A stretch of 64,000 nucleotides of DNA from Lama glama (Eukaryota). Below the pieces are notes generated by a model. That model saw only the letters and a list, made by a program, of their open reading frames with translations, had not been told where the DNA came from and made no database searches. How positions within the stretch are numbered: position 1 is the stretch's first letter; every line of letters begins with the position of its first letter. The stretch covers positions 39,806,001 through 39,870,000 of the forward strand of contig CM052816.1 in NCBI GenBank assembly GCA_028534125.1, read 5' to 3'. This document shows, in pieces, positions 39,675-53,000 of the stretch. The position numbers were made by a program, and so were the translations under genes.

Positions 39675-42600
39675 CTGCTGACTATTATGTTGGCTGTGGG
39701 ATTGTCATAAATAGCTTCTATTATATTGAGATTTGTTCCCTCTACTTCCACTTTGGTAAGAGTTTTTATCAAGAATGGATGTTAAATTTTACCAAATGCT
39801 TTTCCTGCATCTATTGAGATGATCATGTGGTTTGTTTTGTGTCTTTTCTTTTGTTGATGCAGTGTATCACAGTGATTTGTGTATGTTGAGCTATATGGTG
39901 ACACTGGGATGAATCCAACTTGATCATGGTGTAAGGTCTTTTTTTATATGTTGTTGGATTCAGTTTGCTAATATTTTGTCGAGAATTTTTGAATCATTAC
40001 TTATTAAAGATATTGTCCTGTAATTTTCTTTTCTGGCTGTTCCTTTGCCTGGTTTTGGTACTAAGGTAATTGTGGCTTCATAGAACGAGTTAGGGAGTAT
40101 TCCCTCCTCTTCAGTCTTTGGGTAGAGTTTGAGAAGGACTGGAATAAGTTCTTCTTTGTATGTTTGTTAGTATTCCCCAGTGAAGCTGTCTGGTCCTGGA
40201 CTTTTGTTTGCAGCAAGCTTTTGGTTTGGGATTTTTTTTTTTTAATTTGGTTTTTTACAGGTTCTATTTCACTGCTAGTGATTGGTCTGTTAGATTATTT
40301 CTTCTTGATTCAGTTTTGGTGGGCTATATGGTTTTAGAACCTTATTCATTTCTTTTAGACTGTCCAATTTGTTGGCATATAATTGTTCGTAGTATTGTCT
40401 TAACAGTTTTTTTATATATCTGTGTTGTCAATTTCTCCTCTCTCATGTCTTATGTTCTTTAATTGGGTCCCCTCTCTTTTCTTCTTGGTGAGCCTAGCCA
40501 AAGATTTCTCAATGTTGTTTACTCTTTCAAAAAATCAGTGCTTGGTTTTTAAAAATTTTTTTGTATTATTTTTTAATCTCTATTTTATTTATTTCCTTCC
40601 TGATCTTTATTATTTCTTTCCTTCTGCCTACTTTAGGTTTTGTCTGTTTTTCTTTTTCTAATTCTTTTAGATGGTAGGTAGGTTGTTTGAGGTTTTTTTT
40701 GTTGTTGTTGAGAAAAGCTTATATCACTATGAAATTCCCTCTTAGGACTGCTTTTGCTCCACCAATAGATTTTGTTTGGCTGTGTTTTCATTGTCATTTG
40801 TCTCATAGTATTTTTAATATTCTCTTTGTTTTTATCACTGATCCACTGGTTTTATAGTAGCATGTTGTTTAGTCTCTGTGCAATCTTTTTTTTTTTTTTC
40901 CTCATTTCTCTTTCTATGGTCAATTTCTAGTTTCATGTCATTGTGTCACCAAAGATGCTTGAAACAATTTCTATCCACTTAAATTTGTTGAAGCTTATTT
41001 TGTGTCTGAGTATGTGGTCTATCCTAGAGAATATTCCATGTACACTTGAAAAGAATGTATATTCTGGGTTTTTCGAATGTAATGTCCTAAAAATATCAAG
41101 TAAGTGTAACTGTTCTATTGTGTCATCTAGGATCCCTGTTGTCTTACTGATTTTTCTGTCTGGAAGAGATGTCCTTCGATATTAGTGGGATGTTACAGTC
41201 TTCTCCTATTAGTACATTCCCATCCATCTCTCCCTTTATGTTTGTTAGTATTTGTTTTCTGTATTTAGGTGCTCCTATGTGAGGTGCATATCTTAATGAG
41301 TGTAATATCCTCTTTTCTGTATTGACTTTTTTATCATTATATAGTGTCCTTCTTTATCTTTCTTTTCTTTATGGCCTTCATTTTAAAGTCTGTTTTGTCT
41401 GATATGAGTATTGCTACCCCAGCTTTCTTGTCATTTCCATTTGCATGGAATATCTTTTTCCACCCTCTCACTTCCGCCTCAGCCATAGGATTGCAGGCAG
41501 CCTGTCGTGGTATCCCTTAGGCATTATGCTCATAAAGTCGCTAAGGTAGATTTGTTGAAGAAGAGCACGAGGACCCACTTTTGGGCCTCAGGGACAGCCC
41601 AAACTCCAGCCCCTCTTCTGCATGCTCATGCCCGCTTTTAACCCTGGAACTGCCATAACTGTGCATCAGTACTCTGCTAGGATGTCCCACAGACACTTAA
41701 GTTTACAAAGGTACTGACAGCATAAATCAGGCAAAACTCCTTGGGATACAATTCACATTTCAGCCATGCTTCTTAAGTTGAGCAGCCCCTGAGAATGGAC
41801 TTGGATTTCAGCCCTGCTTCCACATAGGGGCGATCGTGCCCTTCCAGAGCAACCAGAGAAGACCAGCTGTGGCTGGTTCCTGCCCCTCCGTTCTGGAGAG
41901 TGGGTTAACAATGGGGTCTTTTGGCAAGGTCACACCCTGTGAGCTAGTGAAGAAGGAGGTTACTGTGTTGGCTTCCTACCCCTCCCTTTACAAGAGCACT
42001 AAACAGTGAGGCTTCTCTAGTGGACCCATGGTCAGTTCTCTGTACCCTCAGTTTCAGCCTGTACCTCATGCTAGCCCCTTCAGGCTGTCTCCATGCAGCC
42101 AACACCAGTCCTCTTCCCAGGTTTGACCTCTGAAGTTCAAGCTTCAGCGCCCAGTCCTGGTAGGCATCAGCTAGCTTGTGTCTTAGGCTGGGAACTGCAT
42201 GGACCCTCTGTGCCAGTTTCTCTCTGTTCTTCCTGCTGCAAAGCAGGTGCTGTGCTCTCCTCTGAACCTCTAAAGCTTCCTTTTCTGTCTCAGATGATCT
42301 CCCCTCTGGTGAAGGGACTTCCCAGAGTCAGGGCATTTTTCCTCTTTCACCACTCCCTCCCAGAGAGGCGAGTCCTGTCCTGATTCTGGTTGTTTTTTGT
42401 TTGTTTGTTTGTTTGTTTTCTTTCTGTCCTTCCCAGATATGTGGAGATTTTTCCTGTAGCTCCAGTTGTGTAAGATCTTCTACCAGAGTTCATTAGGGAT
42501 TCTGTGAGAATTGTTCCACGTGTAGATTGTATTTCTGATATATTTGTAGGAGAGGGTGAGCTCTGCGTCCTTCCATTCTGCCATCTTGAAGTCCATCTCA
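39675..42600 (-). mobile_element. L1 with intact 5' end; 5' UTR joined to ORF2, ORF1 missing, 3'-truncated
   Basis: Antisense ORF2 EN/RT at 39675-41472; 5' UTR-like at 41475-42600, starting (minus strand) gagatggacttcaagatggc with a YY1-type CAAGATGGC motif. Confidence 0.85.
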
Positions 42601-43964
42601 TTCCACTTTTTATTTATTAAAACATATAGCGTTACCCTACAGCTTATCCTGTCACACCCAATAGAAAAGATCAGAGATAACATTTCACAAGAAATCAGGT
42701 AGGTGCCCCCTGTTCTGTCTCACCTAGATTCTTCTCTTGATAAAGATACATAAATTGTATGCTTTTTTTATGTCTTTGTACTTTTTTTCTCTAAGTGTTC
42801 AAAATAATATAATGAGACTATTAAATTTATGCAAGCAACTAACCTTTAACATAATGAGAAGTATTTCTGGTCCCAGTATATTTTGTAAACAACACATAAA
42901 AATAATTATAATGTATATGTGTATACATATATGAAACTATTTAATTTCTTTGCAAATAAACATGTAATTATTGTTATTGCTCAGTTCTGTGATGACCAGA
43001 AGTAGTTACCTGAAAATTGTTTCTTGACCCTGAAATACTAAAATAACTTTAAATACTTAGAAGATGGCTTGGATTTTAGAAAATACAGCTGACTATATAT
43101 TCTAGGTTGGATGTGTTCAGCAATGATTTACATTCTGGAGCGGTTTTCTTACGTTATCACAGAAGCGTATTTTGAGTAGCATATTTCTAGACAGTACTTT
43201 GTGAAAACGAAATAAAATGGTGCTCCTCAGGCCCTCTTCTTTCCAGGTTTAGCCCTTGGAGCACAGAGATAACTTTTGATTCATTCCTCTTGGCAACTGT
43301 CATTTAAAAAATCATTTAGTTTTGCAGAAAAACATAATTGTTACTGATGTGGAGTATGTGTAGAAAACTAGAGGACTACTTACAGAACTCTTTTCTATGA
43401 TTATGTAGCAAAAGTCAAAGTTTTTCATGTCTAAAATAAACTCAATATTTTTTTTAATTCTTATAATGTAACTATATGTTAATGATTTATGAATGTGTGG
43501 ACTTTGAAAAAGGAGTTTACAAGTGGTCTATAAAGAACATACTATAAGAATAACAATAAATGTAGAATTTGCCATTATTTCTATAATTTAGATGGAAGAC
43601 AAAAACTATCCCTGATTTTGTATGCTAATTAGTGCTTCTTTTATGGTAGCATATAATGCTTTAGTGGTAACTTTGTGGGAAGTTACTTAGTTTTTATCAC
43701 CTCCTGAAGTGATGTTTGGGTGGTGTCACTAAAAATAGACATGGTATATAGGAGCAGCAGGCATTTCCATTGCAGCAGCTCAGTATATGCATGCCTGAGC
43801 ATAGCTTTCTGTAGACACCTGGACTGGAAGGTGCGTTTATAGTCTTGTCCTTCACATTAAGGAAAGTTACCGAGTGACATTCATTCAGTTGCTCTTATAT
43901 ACAGTTGACAAATGGAGTGTCTGAGGGAAAGAAAGTTAGGTTGGAAGAATAAGAAATTTCCATT

Positions 43965-46470
43965 ATAGGGGAGGAAAAATAACTTTCCCTCCACCATTCT
44001 AGGTTCTTGGCTAAGATCCTCTGTAATAAAAGACACATTACAGGAGAAAAATAAACAGAAGTTTAATAACATGCATACCTCCTGTATACAGGGGACAGAG
44101 TCAGGAAGACTGAATATCTCCCCCAGATGGCCCAAGACACCACCTTAAATCAATACCATTTCCATCTAAAGACAAAAGGAAGATGTTAAGGATGTGAGAG
44201 GTCAGTTTTGGGAGATTACCGGGAAAAGCACAGTAAACAAGTTACGGGTTGTTAGGCAGATTTCAGTCCCGCCTTTTTCACTGGTAAGAGTTTCCTGAGA
44301 TTTGGTCATTTGCTTCTTCCTGGTTACAGAGAGGGAGACCCTTATAAATGGAAATTTCCCTTACAAATATGAATATCTCTTGCAAAATTATAACTTTTAC
44401 TTGGTTTTCAGAGTTTCTCTTGTGTCTGTTGTTTCTTTAAAATAACCAATTCATTTTTTCATGTCCTTATTGGCCATCTGTAAGTCTTCATTGGAGAATT
44501 ACTTGTTTAGGTCTTCTGCGCATGTTTGGATTGGGTTGTTTGTCTTTTTGCTATTAAGCTGTATGTGCTGTTTATATATTCTGGAGATTAAACCTTTGTC
44601 AGTCACATCATTTGCAAATATTTTCTCCCATTCCATAGGTTGTTCTGTTTTGCTTCTGGTTTCCTTTTCTGTGCAAAAACTTATAAGTTTAATTAAGTCC
44701 CATTTGTTTAGTTTTGCTTTTATATCTATTGCCTGGGTAGACTGCCCTAGGAGAACATTGCTAAGATTTATGTCAGTGTTCTGCCTATGTTTTCTTCTAG
44801 GAGGTTTATCATGTCTTGTCTTATGTTTAAATCTTTAAGCCATTTTGAGTTTATTTTTGTGTATGGTGTGAAGGAGTGTTCTAACTTTATTGATTTACAT
44901 GTGACTGTCCAGTTTTCCCAGCACCACTTGCTGAAGAGACTTTCTTTTCTCCACTGTATGTTCCTGCCTCCTTTGTCAAAGATTAATTGACCAAAAGTCT
45001 GTGGGTTTATTTCTGGGCTCTTTGTTCTGTTCCATTGATCCATATGTCTGTTTTTATGCCAATACCACGCTGTTTTGATTACTTTAGCTCTGTAGTATTG
45101 TCTGGGTTATTCTTCCAACTTCATTCTCTTCCTTCAATATTGCTTTAGCAATTCTGGGTCTTTTGTGATTCTGTATAAATTTTAGGATTATTTGTTCTAG
45201 TTCTGTGAAAAATGTCCTGGGTAATTTGATAGAGATCACATTAAATCTGTAGTTTGCTTTGGGTAGTATGGCCATTTTAATAATATTAATTCTTCCAATC
45301 CAAGAGCATGGGATACCTTTCCATTTCTTTAAGTCATCTTTAATTTCCTTAATCAATGCTTTGTACTTCTCTGCATGTAAGTCTTTCTTCTCCTTGGTCA
45401 CATTTATTCCTATGTATTTTATTGTTTTGGATGCAGTTTTAAAAGGAATTGTTTCTTTACTCTCTTTTTCTGATATTTATCACTAATTATCAAAGAAATG
45501 CAAATCAAAACTATAATGAGGTATCACCTCACATCAGTCAGAATGGCCATCATTCAAAAGTCCACAAATGACAAATGCTGGAGAGGCTGTGGAGAAAAGG
45601 GAACCCTCCTATGCTGCTGGTGGGAATGTAGTTTGGTGCAGCCATTATGGAAAACAGTATGGAGATTCCTCAAAAAAGTAAAACAGATTTACCATATGAT
45701 CCAGCAATCCTACTCCTGGGCATGTATCTGGAGAAATGCTAATTCAAAAAGATACATGCACCCTAGTGTTCATAGCAGCACTATATACAATAGCCAAGAC
45801 ATGGAAGCAACCTAAATGTCCGTCAACAGAGGACTGGATAAAGAAGTTGTGTTATATTTATACAATGGTATATCACTCAGCAATTTAAAAATAGAAGAAA
45901 ATAATGCCATTTGCAGCAACATGCATGGACCTGGAGATTATCATTCTAACTGAAGTAAGCCAGAAAGAAAGAAAAATGCCATATATCACTCATATGTGGA
46001 ATCTAAAAAAAAAAAAAAAAAAGAAGAAGACAAAGGAAAAAGAGGACACTAATGAGCTACAGGACTACAAAACAGAAACAGACTTGCAGACATAGTAAAC
46101 AATGTTATGGTTACTGGGGGAAAGGGATTGGGAAGGGATAAATTTGGGAGTTTGGGATATGCAAATATTAACCATTGTATGTAAAAATAGATAAAAAACA
46201 TTTCTTCTGTATAGCATAGGGAATATTCAATATCTTGTAATAACCTTTAATGAAGAAGAATATGAACCAATATATGTATATATATGCATGACTGGGCTGT
46301 TATGCTGTATACCAGTAACTGACACATTGTAACTGGCTATACTTCAATTAAAGAAAAAAAAAAGAATTACCGTAAGAGACTGATCTTGAACTTCAACTCA
46401 AAAAAAAAATTCAAAATACTCAATATGCCAATAAGGCATATTTTGGGTGGTATATTTTGCTACCCTTCAC
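43965..46470 (-). mobile_element. MER34/MER39-like ERV1 solo LTR split by an L1 insertion (LTR parts 43965-44453 and about 46410-46470)
   Basis: gaagtttaataacatgcatac...accaccttaaat...taccatttccatctaaagacaaa; resumes aaatactcaatatgccaataaggcatattttgggtggtatattttgctacccttca; homologous to 59566-60113. Confidence 0.75.
44454..46413 (+). mobile_element. Young L1 with 5' inversion (twin priming): 44454-45480 antisense, 45481-46363 sense with poly(A)
   Basis: The inverted block ends at ..ggacatgaaaaaa and the sense block resumes at cactaattatcaaagaaatgc, about 10 nt further along L1; AATTCA flanks both sides. Confidence 0.9.
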
Positions 46471-46524
46471 TTATGCCATCTTATTTGAGAGAGATTCGGT
46501 GACTTCTTTTTCTTCTGTTCCTCC

Positions 46525-46780
46525 TCGATTGTACAGCTGTAAGGAACTGAATTCTGACAAAGTTGAGAAAGAGCTGGAATATAGATTCTCCCCCCAGAGC
46601 ATCCGTATAAGAGCTCTGCCCAGCTGATCTCTTGTCTATGGCCTTGGGTCTGCCTAAGCAGGGAGCTCAGCCAAGCCTGCCCAGACTTCTCACCAACAGA
46701 ACTGGATCAGAATTGTTGAATGTTGTTTTAAGCCAGTAGGTTTGTGGTAGTTTGATACACAGCAATAGAAACTCTTACAA
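46525..46780 (+). mobile_element. MLT1 (MaLR) LTR fragment
   Basis: agattctccccccagagcatcc...cccagacttctcaccaacagaactg...ttttaagccagtaggtttgtggtagtttgatacacagcaatagaaa. Confidence 0.8.
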
Positions 46781-47735
46781 ATAGTTGTGAATGACATCTC
46801 CTTGTTCTTAACTTTGATAGTTAAATGTATATTCTGGTTTCTGAGATAACATTTCCCAGTTAATATCATGACCCCCTCCCCAACCTGTGTACTTAAGAGC
46901 TGTAAGGGTCCTTGATATCTCTGAAGCACCATCCCACTGGAGAAATGAACTGATGTGATATACTCTCAGCAAGTGTAGTAAAACACAGATTGTTTTTTAA
47001 ATGCTTATGCTAAGCTTAAAATCTGGAAAATTGCTCTTTAACTTGATGGGATACTTTTTATCCTTTTAGATAAGATACTAATTTGCATCCTTTTGAAACT
47101 CTTCAATTCAAATCATAAATGCTCATTATATTTCTTCATTGTTAGCATGATCAAGCTTTATGCATGCATATCTTCAGCACCTCTTGAAAGGGCTACAGTC
47201 CTTTGAACAGACTAAGTACTGGAGAAAATGAGGACTGTGTTTTCCTGCATCTTGTTTTTAGGGATGGATGCGCTCTTCAATAGCAAATGCCTAAGAAGCT
47301 GAACAATTTCAAGGGCTTTTCGGATTGAAAAACATTATCAGACAGTACTTTGTGAAGCAAGCCCTCCTAAATGTGGATGCAGTAATATTTGAGTGAAAGC
47401 CATCTCCCAGTTAAGACTAACCAAGGATGTAATAAAAACAACTCTTATTATAAGAGGAAACAGTTGTGGTTTGTTTTTTTGTTTTTTGTTTTTTTAATTT
47501 GAGGACTAAATGCATTCATTACCATAACAAAAACAACCCAGCAATGTTAAGGACAAAATTTCCTAGGCAGTAAGGATCTTAGAAAATGATTGCTGGGAAC
47601 ACTTTTTAAAACAAATTTTCTTTTTGTTATTTTTAATTTAGTGGTTCTATTTGTCTCTTCTATCACTTCTCCATTATTATAATTTCTACAATTGTTAAAA
47701 ATAAAATGTCTAGCTAATTCATAGTTTATTTAGGG

Positions 47736-48225
47736 TGTCAACTGAAATAAATGCTCAGCCTAAAAGTTGAGAGTTATGTTTTATTTGGCGGGAGGACTTG
47801 AGCCTGGATAACAGCCTCTCAGATGGGACTCTCAGCTCTGAGGGACTGCTCGGAAGAGGTAGGGGAGGAGGTAGGATGTGTAGGAGCTTTACAGCAAAGA
47901 CCAGGTGGTTGGAACAAGAAAAGATTACTTGTTATCTAAAGAAAAAACCAGGAATCTCAAGTTAAAGAATTTAGTGCTTTTCTGTATATGGGAGGAAGCA
48001 AACATTCAGGCTTATTGAATTCATTCCTTTGACAAGCATCTAGCTATCTAGGGCCAGTATCTTGTCCTTTATTATTCTGAGTGCCCTCAGAGGGCGCCAT
48101 TGTGAGTGGCTGCAGAGGCTGGGCTGCAGGCTTGTCTTCACTGGGGGGTGGCGGCAGCAGCTGATGACTTAATGGCTTCAGCATTCTTTGTTTACTGATA
48201 CGGTTTGCAGTATTTTTCGTTCACA
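47736..48225 (-). mobile_element. MER41-like ERV1 solo LTR
   Basis: tgtcaactgaaataaatgctcagcctaaaagttgagagttatgttttatttggcgg...ttcaca; TG..CA termini with GGG on both flanks. Confidence 0.8.
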
Positions 48226-48559
48226 GGGTTATGAAGCACAGCTTTATAGGTGAAATCCATGACATAAATATTATAATATAAAGATGCTAAAATTTTTAAA
48301 ATTAAAATGTAAGGATAAGGATCTGGATATTGAGTTGCTCCATAGTTAGGGTGCCACAGTTCATATCAGTTAAACATGTTAAAATAAATACAGTCATCAT
48401 TTTATGAATGTATTTATTTAGATTTAATTAGTTCTAGCTTATTGGGGTTTGTCTTTCTGTGGTATTTAGGAAATAATCGGAAAATAATTTGGAAGGAGAA
48501 AAAAATATATTTGTAAATAATAATCATAATTTTTCATTTGTTTATTTTGAGAATATGTT

Positions 48560-48710
48560 ATATATTATTATACCCATTTTACAGATGAGAACAGTAAAGC
48601 TTATTTAGAATGTAACTTGCCCTTGATGATTTATCCAGCTAATTATATATCCAGTATTCAGATCCAGATCTTTTGACTTCTTGTTTTGGGACTTACTTAA
48701 CTCTACTTTC
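48560..48710 (-). mobile_element. MIR SINE fragment
   Basis: tattattatacccattttacagatgagaa...gtaacttgccc. Confidence 0.7.
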
Positions 48711-49105
48711 ATATAGTTTTAAACACGGTTAAGCAATCTAAATCAAAATTCCTGTTGAATTTTTTTGAGGAACATAATAAACCTACCCTAAGATTTAATC
48801 AGAGAGAATAAGATCTGCGAAGAGTTCAGTCTAAGGAAAAGAGGGATGGACTTATCCTAACACATTGTAAAATACTATTATTAGATGGATCAATGAAGAG
48901 ATATACAAATATATACAAATATGTATGTGTGTGTTTAAGCTTATTTGTTTTTTGTGTCTATTTTTATATCCTTCATCAACCTAAGTATTAAATCATGAGT
49001 TTTCATTGAAACTTCCAGCTCTAATTCATTACTAAAGGATTCTACCTAGCTTCTTTTCTTTTTATATTTGAAACTCTTATATCAAACAGTGAGAATTTTG
49101 ACTTT

Positions 49106-49156
49106 CATATATATATATATATCATATATCTGATATATGATATATATATATATATG
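49106..49156. repeat. Perfect AT-rich palindrome, 25-bp arms, 1-nt spacer
   Basis: c(at)8catatatc-t-gatatatg(at)8g. Confidence 0.9.
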
Positions 49157-49174
49157 CACACATATACATATATA

Positions 49175-50010
49175 AAATAGAAAGGAGAGGCCTAGATGCA
49201 ATGATACATCAGTCACAGTGAGCACACCTAGTTCACAGATCATGATTTCTAAATATTTTCAAATATAGGAATGTAGTGCTCCTTGGAGGAATGGCTGATT
49301 TCAAGGAAGAGATAGGGAAAATACTAACTAAATAAACCCAAAGTGCCATATTTCCAGAAAGTAAGGAAGTTCTTTAAAAAATTATAGAAATATGTCAAAG
49401 TGACCCCAGGAGCCTTCTCAAAGGGACCTCCACTGTCCAAATCTGGGACAGTTTGAGCATTAAAATGAGTAAAGGTAGCAATATATTATAGCCCATTGAA
49501 TAAAATAAAAATCCATGAATCCATACAGATGTAAAAAGTGAATAAATAAATAATTAGAAAAGAAGTCTAAGCTTTTAATGCTAACTAATAAAGAATTATA
49601 TGGTTTAAAAAATCAAGAATGATAAAACTAGTGGGAAGAATATTGACTGAACAGGATATTGTGAACCCAAAGTATCTCTTCACAAAAGTTTTCAGTTGTA
49701 AAGGAAAAGTTGATAACTTTATGGTGGAGGATTTGCCTGAGACCTCCTTATCCAAGAGAACAAAGTTAGCATCATTAATATTGGAACAATATTGTGCCTT
49801 CTGATATGAGGCAGTAAGAGGTCACAGTATCACTTCTGTGTTGTTCCTGTTCCTTATAACCTAACTCTAATCGTGAAGAAATATCAATCAAACCCAAATT
49901 GTAGAACATTCTATGAAACAACCATCTTATACTCTTCAAACATATCAAGGTCAAAAAACAAAGAAGAGGAAATGTTTTATATTGCAGAAGAATAGACATG
50001 ACTGATAACA
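49175..50010 (+). mobile_element. L1MC/MD 3' UTR fragment
   Basis: Homologous to the 3' UTR at 35560-36480 (gagcacacctagt..cagat, aaatctgggacagtttgagcat, gaaatatcaatcaaacccaaatt). Confidence 0.7.
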
Positions 50011-50014
50011 ATTA

Positions 50015-53000
50015 ATTTGAATATTGGAACACACTGAATGGAGCCCCAGCCTATATCAAAAATCTAAACTGGAGTCAGCCTACACTTAGAGATGACACCT
50101 GTGAAAGAATCCTAACATATATCAATCACAATCCTCCATCTAAGCTTTAGTTAGCTTACCTTACCTTAGAAAATGGGACCTGCTAGGTCCATAAGGAAAT
50201 CTTCGACCTCCTAGCCAACCATGCCTTGCTTCTGTGTTTCCACTTCTAACACTATGTAAAACTTATAACTTATTTTTGCCTCAAATTTCTCAGGAACACT
50301 GTTCTCCTGCCTGTTGGGCACTGTGCTCCCCCATCCATAGATTGTTTTCTCTTGAGTAAAGGACATCAAACTCATTACAAAATTGTATCATTTTTGTCAT
50401 TTAATAGTTTGGGGGATGAGATGGTACCTGAAGACAGCTGGTGAAGATTCCAGTCACAGCTCCTAGATGCAGATGAAGGTACCCACAAGAGCCCTTTTGG
50501 CTTGCTGCCTCTGGCTGCTCTCAGGATCTCTGGTAAGCTTCTCTCGGATCGAGCTCCGCTTACTTTGCGTTCTGAGCTCTTCAAGTTTGTTTGTCCTAAT
50601 CATTCTGGGTGGAAAAATGGGTGTGAGAGACTTGACAGTTTCACAGGGTGGAGTTTGGAGTGTGAGAGATTCCAGATACTCATGGTGAGACTTACAGGTC
50701 TCCAGAATAACTATGGACAGGTAGCCAGAAACCATTTAGTCTGGTTGAATTGTGGAAAATTATTTCAAGGGAAAATAACTGACACCCCTAAATCTCAGAA
50801 AGCAAAACGGCAACCTTTAGGACATTCACAAAACCTAGAAGTAAGTTCATAGAATAAAGCACTGGGCAACAGGGGAAATAAATTAAGACAAGAAGTCCAA
50901 ACTTTTTTGACTGATATCATATCAGAATCCAACTAGGTACGTCAAACAATTCAGACAATTCAAAGCCATTAGGGCATTTGCCACTATAAAGAAATAGTTT
51001 TCATGGAAAGAGCAAGAGATATATTGCTAATGGGAATCTAGGAAGCCAAATCTCGCAAAATTGGTAGGCATCAGTTTAATGCTTAAAAGCTGTTAGAATG
51101 CTTACTAACTTACTGTAAGACTACTTTGCTAGGATGTTAGTTATGGAATGGATTAAACTGATAAAGGTCACCCACCTACCTCAAGAAAATTTTCTTGCAA
51201 CTAGGTACACTGTGAAGCACCACAAAATCACCAACCCAGTGGCACATTCCTATTAAGTATTAATTTGGCTCCAAGAGATCCAAGACATAGCTAAAAATAC
51301 AGACAACCCTCATAACAGCTATTGTAATTCTAAGTTGTCTATGTAAGATTTTACCATCTTTATATACGGTTTCTAGGACCACTGTTCTTAGACATAAAAT
51401 AAACAGGTGCTGGAAGGCAGCATGCTCAGTTCTTTGAAACTTAAAGATCCTGTTTTGTTTGCTAAGTCTTAGATCTGTTGGAGCTCTTATGTATGGTTCT
51501 TTCTCTGCCAGGAACAGTGGGGTGTTTGTGTCCTTTTGTTTTGGGGGAGCTTGCCTTGGCTTGCTCCTTGCCTGGGGTACAGAGGTTGTTAGGTTCTTGC
51601 ATATGTAGTCAGCGCAACCATCAGGTTGGGGGCCTCCAAAGTATGGCCGGACAGAAATGTGAGTTGCTCGCCATGTGCAGATAGGGTCATACCAACTATT
51701 GCCAGTTCTCAGGGGAGTTATCTAAGTCTTTCTTTCTTTTGGCTCTCTTTGGAAGTAGCTCTGGATCTTGGGAGGATGGTATCTTTGGCACCCCATTTGG
51801 GGATACCTCTTCCTTCCGTGTGTTTATTCAATACTGCCAAGTATATTTATTATTTATACCAACTGAAAGGTGTTTGAAAGGCTTTTTAAAGTAACTCAAC
51901 GGTCAGAATGCCATGGTGGCATATGGTCTAAGTCAACTTGGCAGCTGATGTTTAGCCCCTGATGAGAAATTTTTTGTTTTAGGCCTTCTCCCCTAAACTA
52001 AATGAAACTATGTACTCAAAGGGAAAGAAAAACATTCCAAAGACAAACAACTCTAAATCTAGAATACAGGAATGTTTTTATTTCCATTTTAGTTGAAAAT
52101 CTTCTTCCTGATCTAAAGACACAAATGGAAGATAATGTAGTTAGATGGGTGGATCAGCACTTTGATGTCATTCAGATTGGAAACCAATTCTTTGAAGAAT
52201 TAAAAACCACTGTCCTTTTCTTACAAATTTAGTCTTTATAAAGAACAGAATAAGCCCATATATATATATAAAATATATATATATATACAAAAAATATATA
52301 TATATATATTTTAACCAATACCCAAATCTCTTCTATTTATTTCAGAAGTCTTGTAGGTATTGTAAAATTCTGGATTTAGGAAACAGACTTCTTGGAAGAT
52401 CTTGCATTCTTTCTCTGTGCTTTGAGATACAAATGTTTCACCCAGTATTCTCTAGGAACTCTTACCTAGGCCATCTCTTTGAAATGCAGACTTCTGGGAG
52501 ATAATCTTTATCAGAAGGAAAAAATGGCTATTTGGAATCTAGAAGAATTAAAAATCATGGGAGTATTCTCCATAATTTTTAGTACAAAGTTTAAGCCATC
52601 TGAGCAGTTTATCTTAACTTATGCCATCAGCCAGAAACACAATTTGGGTTCAAATGTTCTTTATAAACTAGTGAGTTTTGTTTTATCATATCTATCTTAT
52701 GGTTAAATTATTAAAACAAAAGCTCATATGATCTCTGTTTGCATTTGTATGTATGTTTATGTAAGTCGTATATGTATGTTATAAATACATGATTTTTTTT
52801 ATCTCTAAATAGTATTGCAAAAACTAATTTGTAAAGAGTTCTACTTAATTGGCTTTAAAAACTAAGAATTTATATTAATCAAATATACCCTTAAAACACA
52901 AAAATTAACTCAAATTATTTTCAAGTTCACAGGATCTAGGTTAATAACTTTGATAAATGAAAGCTAGTTTAATTTTGTTGGTTTAATAAAAGCAGTCATG

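Noticed and set aside
44461..46095. Several 60-125 aa ORFs
   Set aside because: They are L1 ORF2 fragments and their antisense frames
47736..48225. MER41-like LTR as an interferon/STAT1 enhancer
   Set aside because: No TTCNNNGAA GAS motif found by eye in this copy
50463..50852. ORFs after the PBS as ERV gag
   Set aside because: No gag matrix, capsid or zinc-knuckle motifs; this is leader sequence
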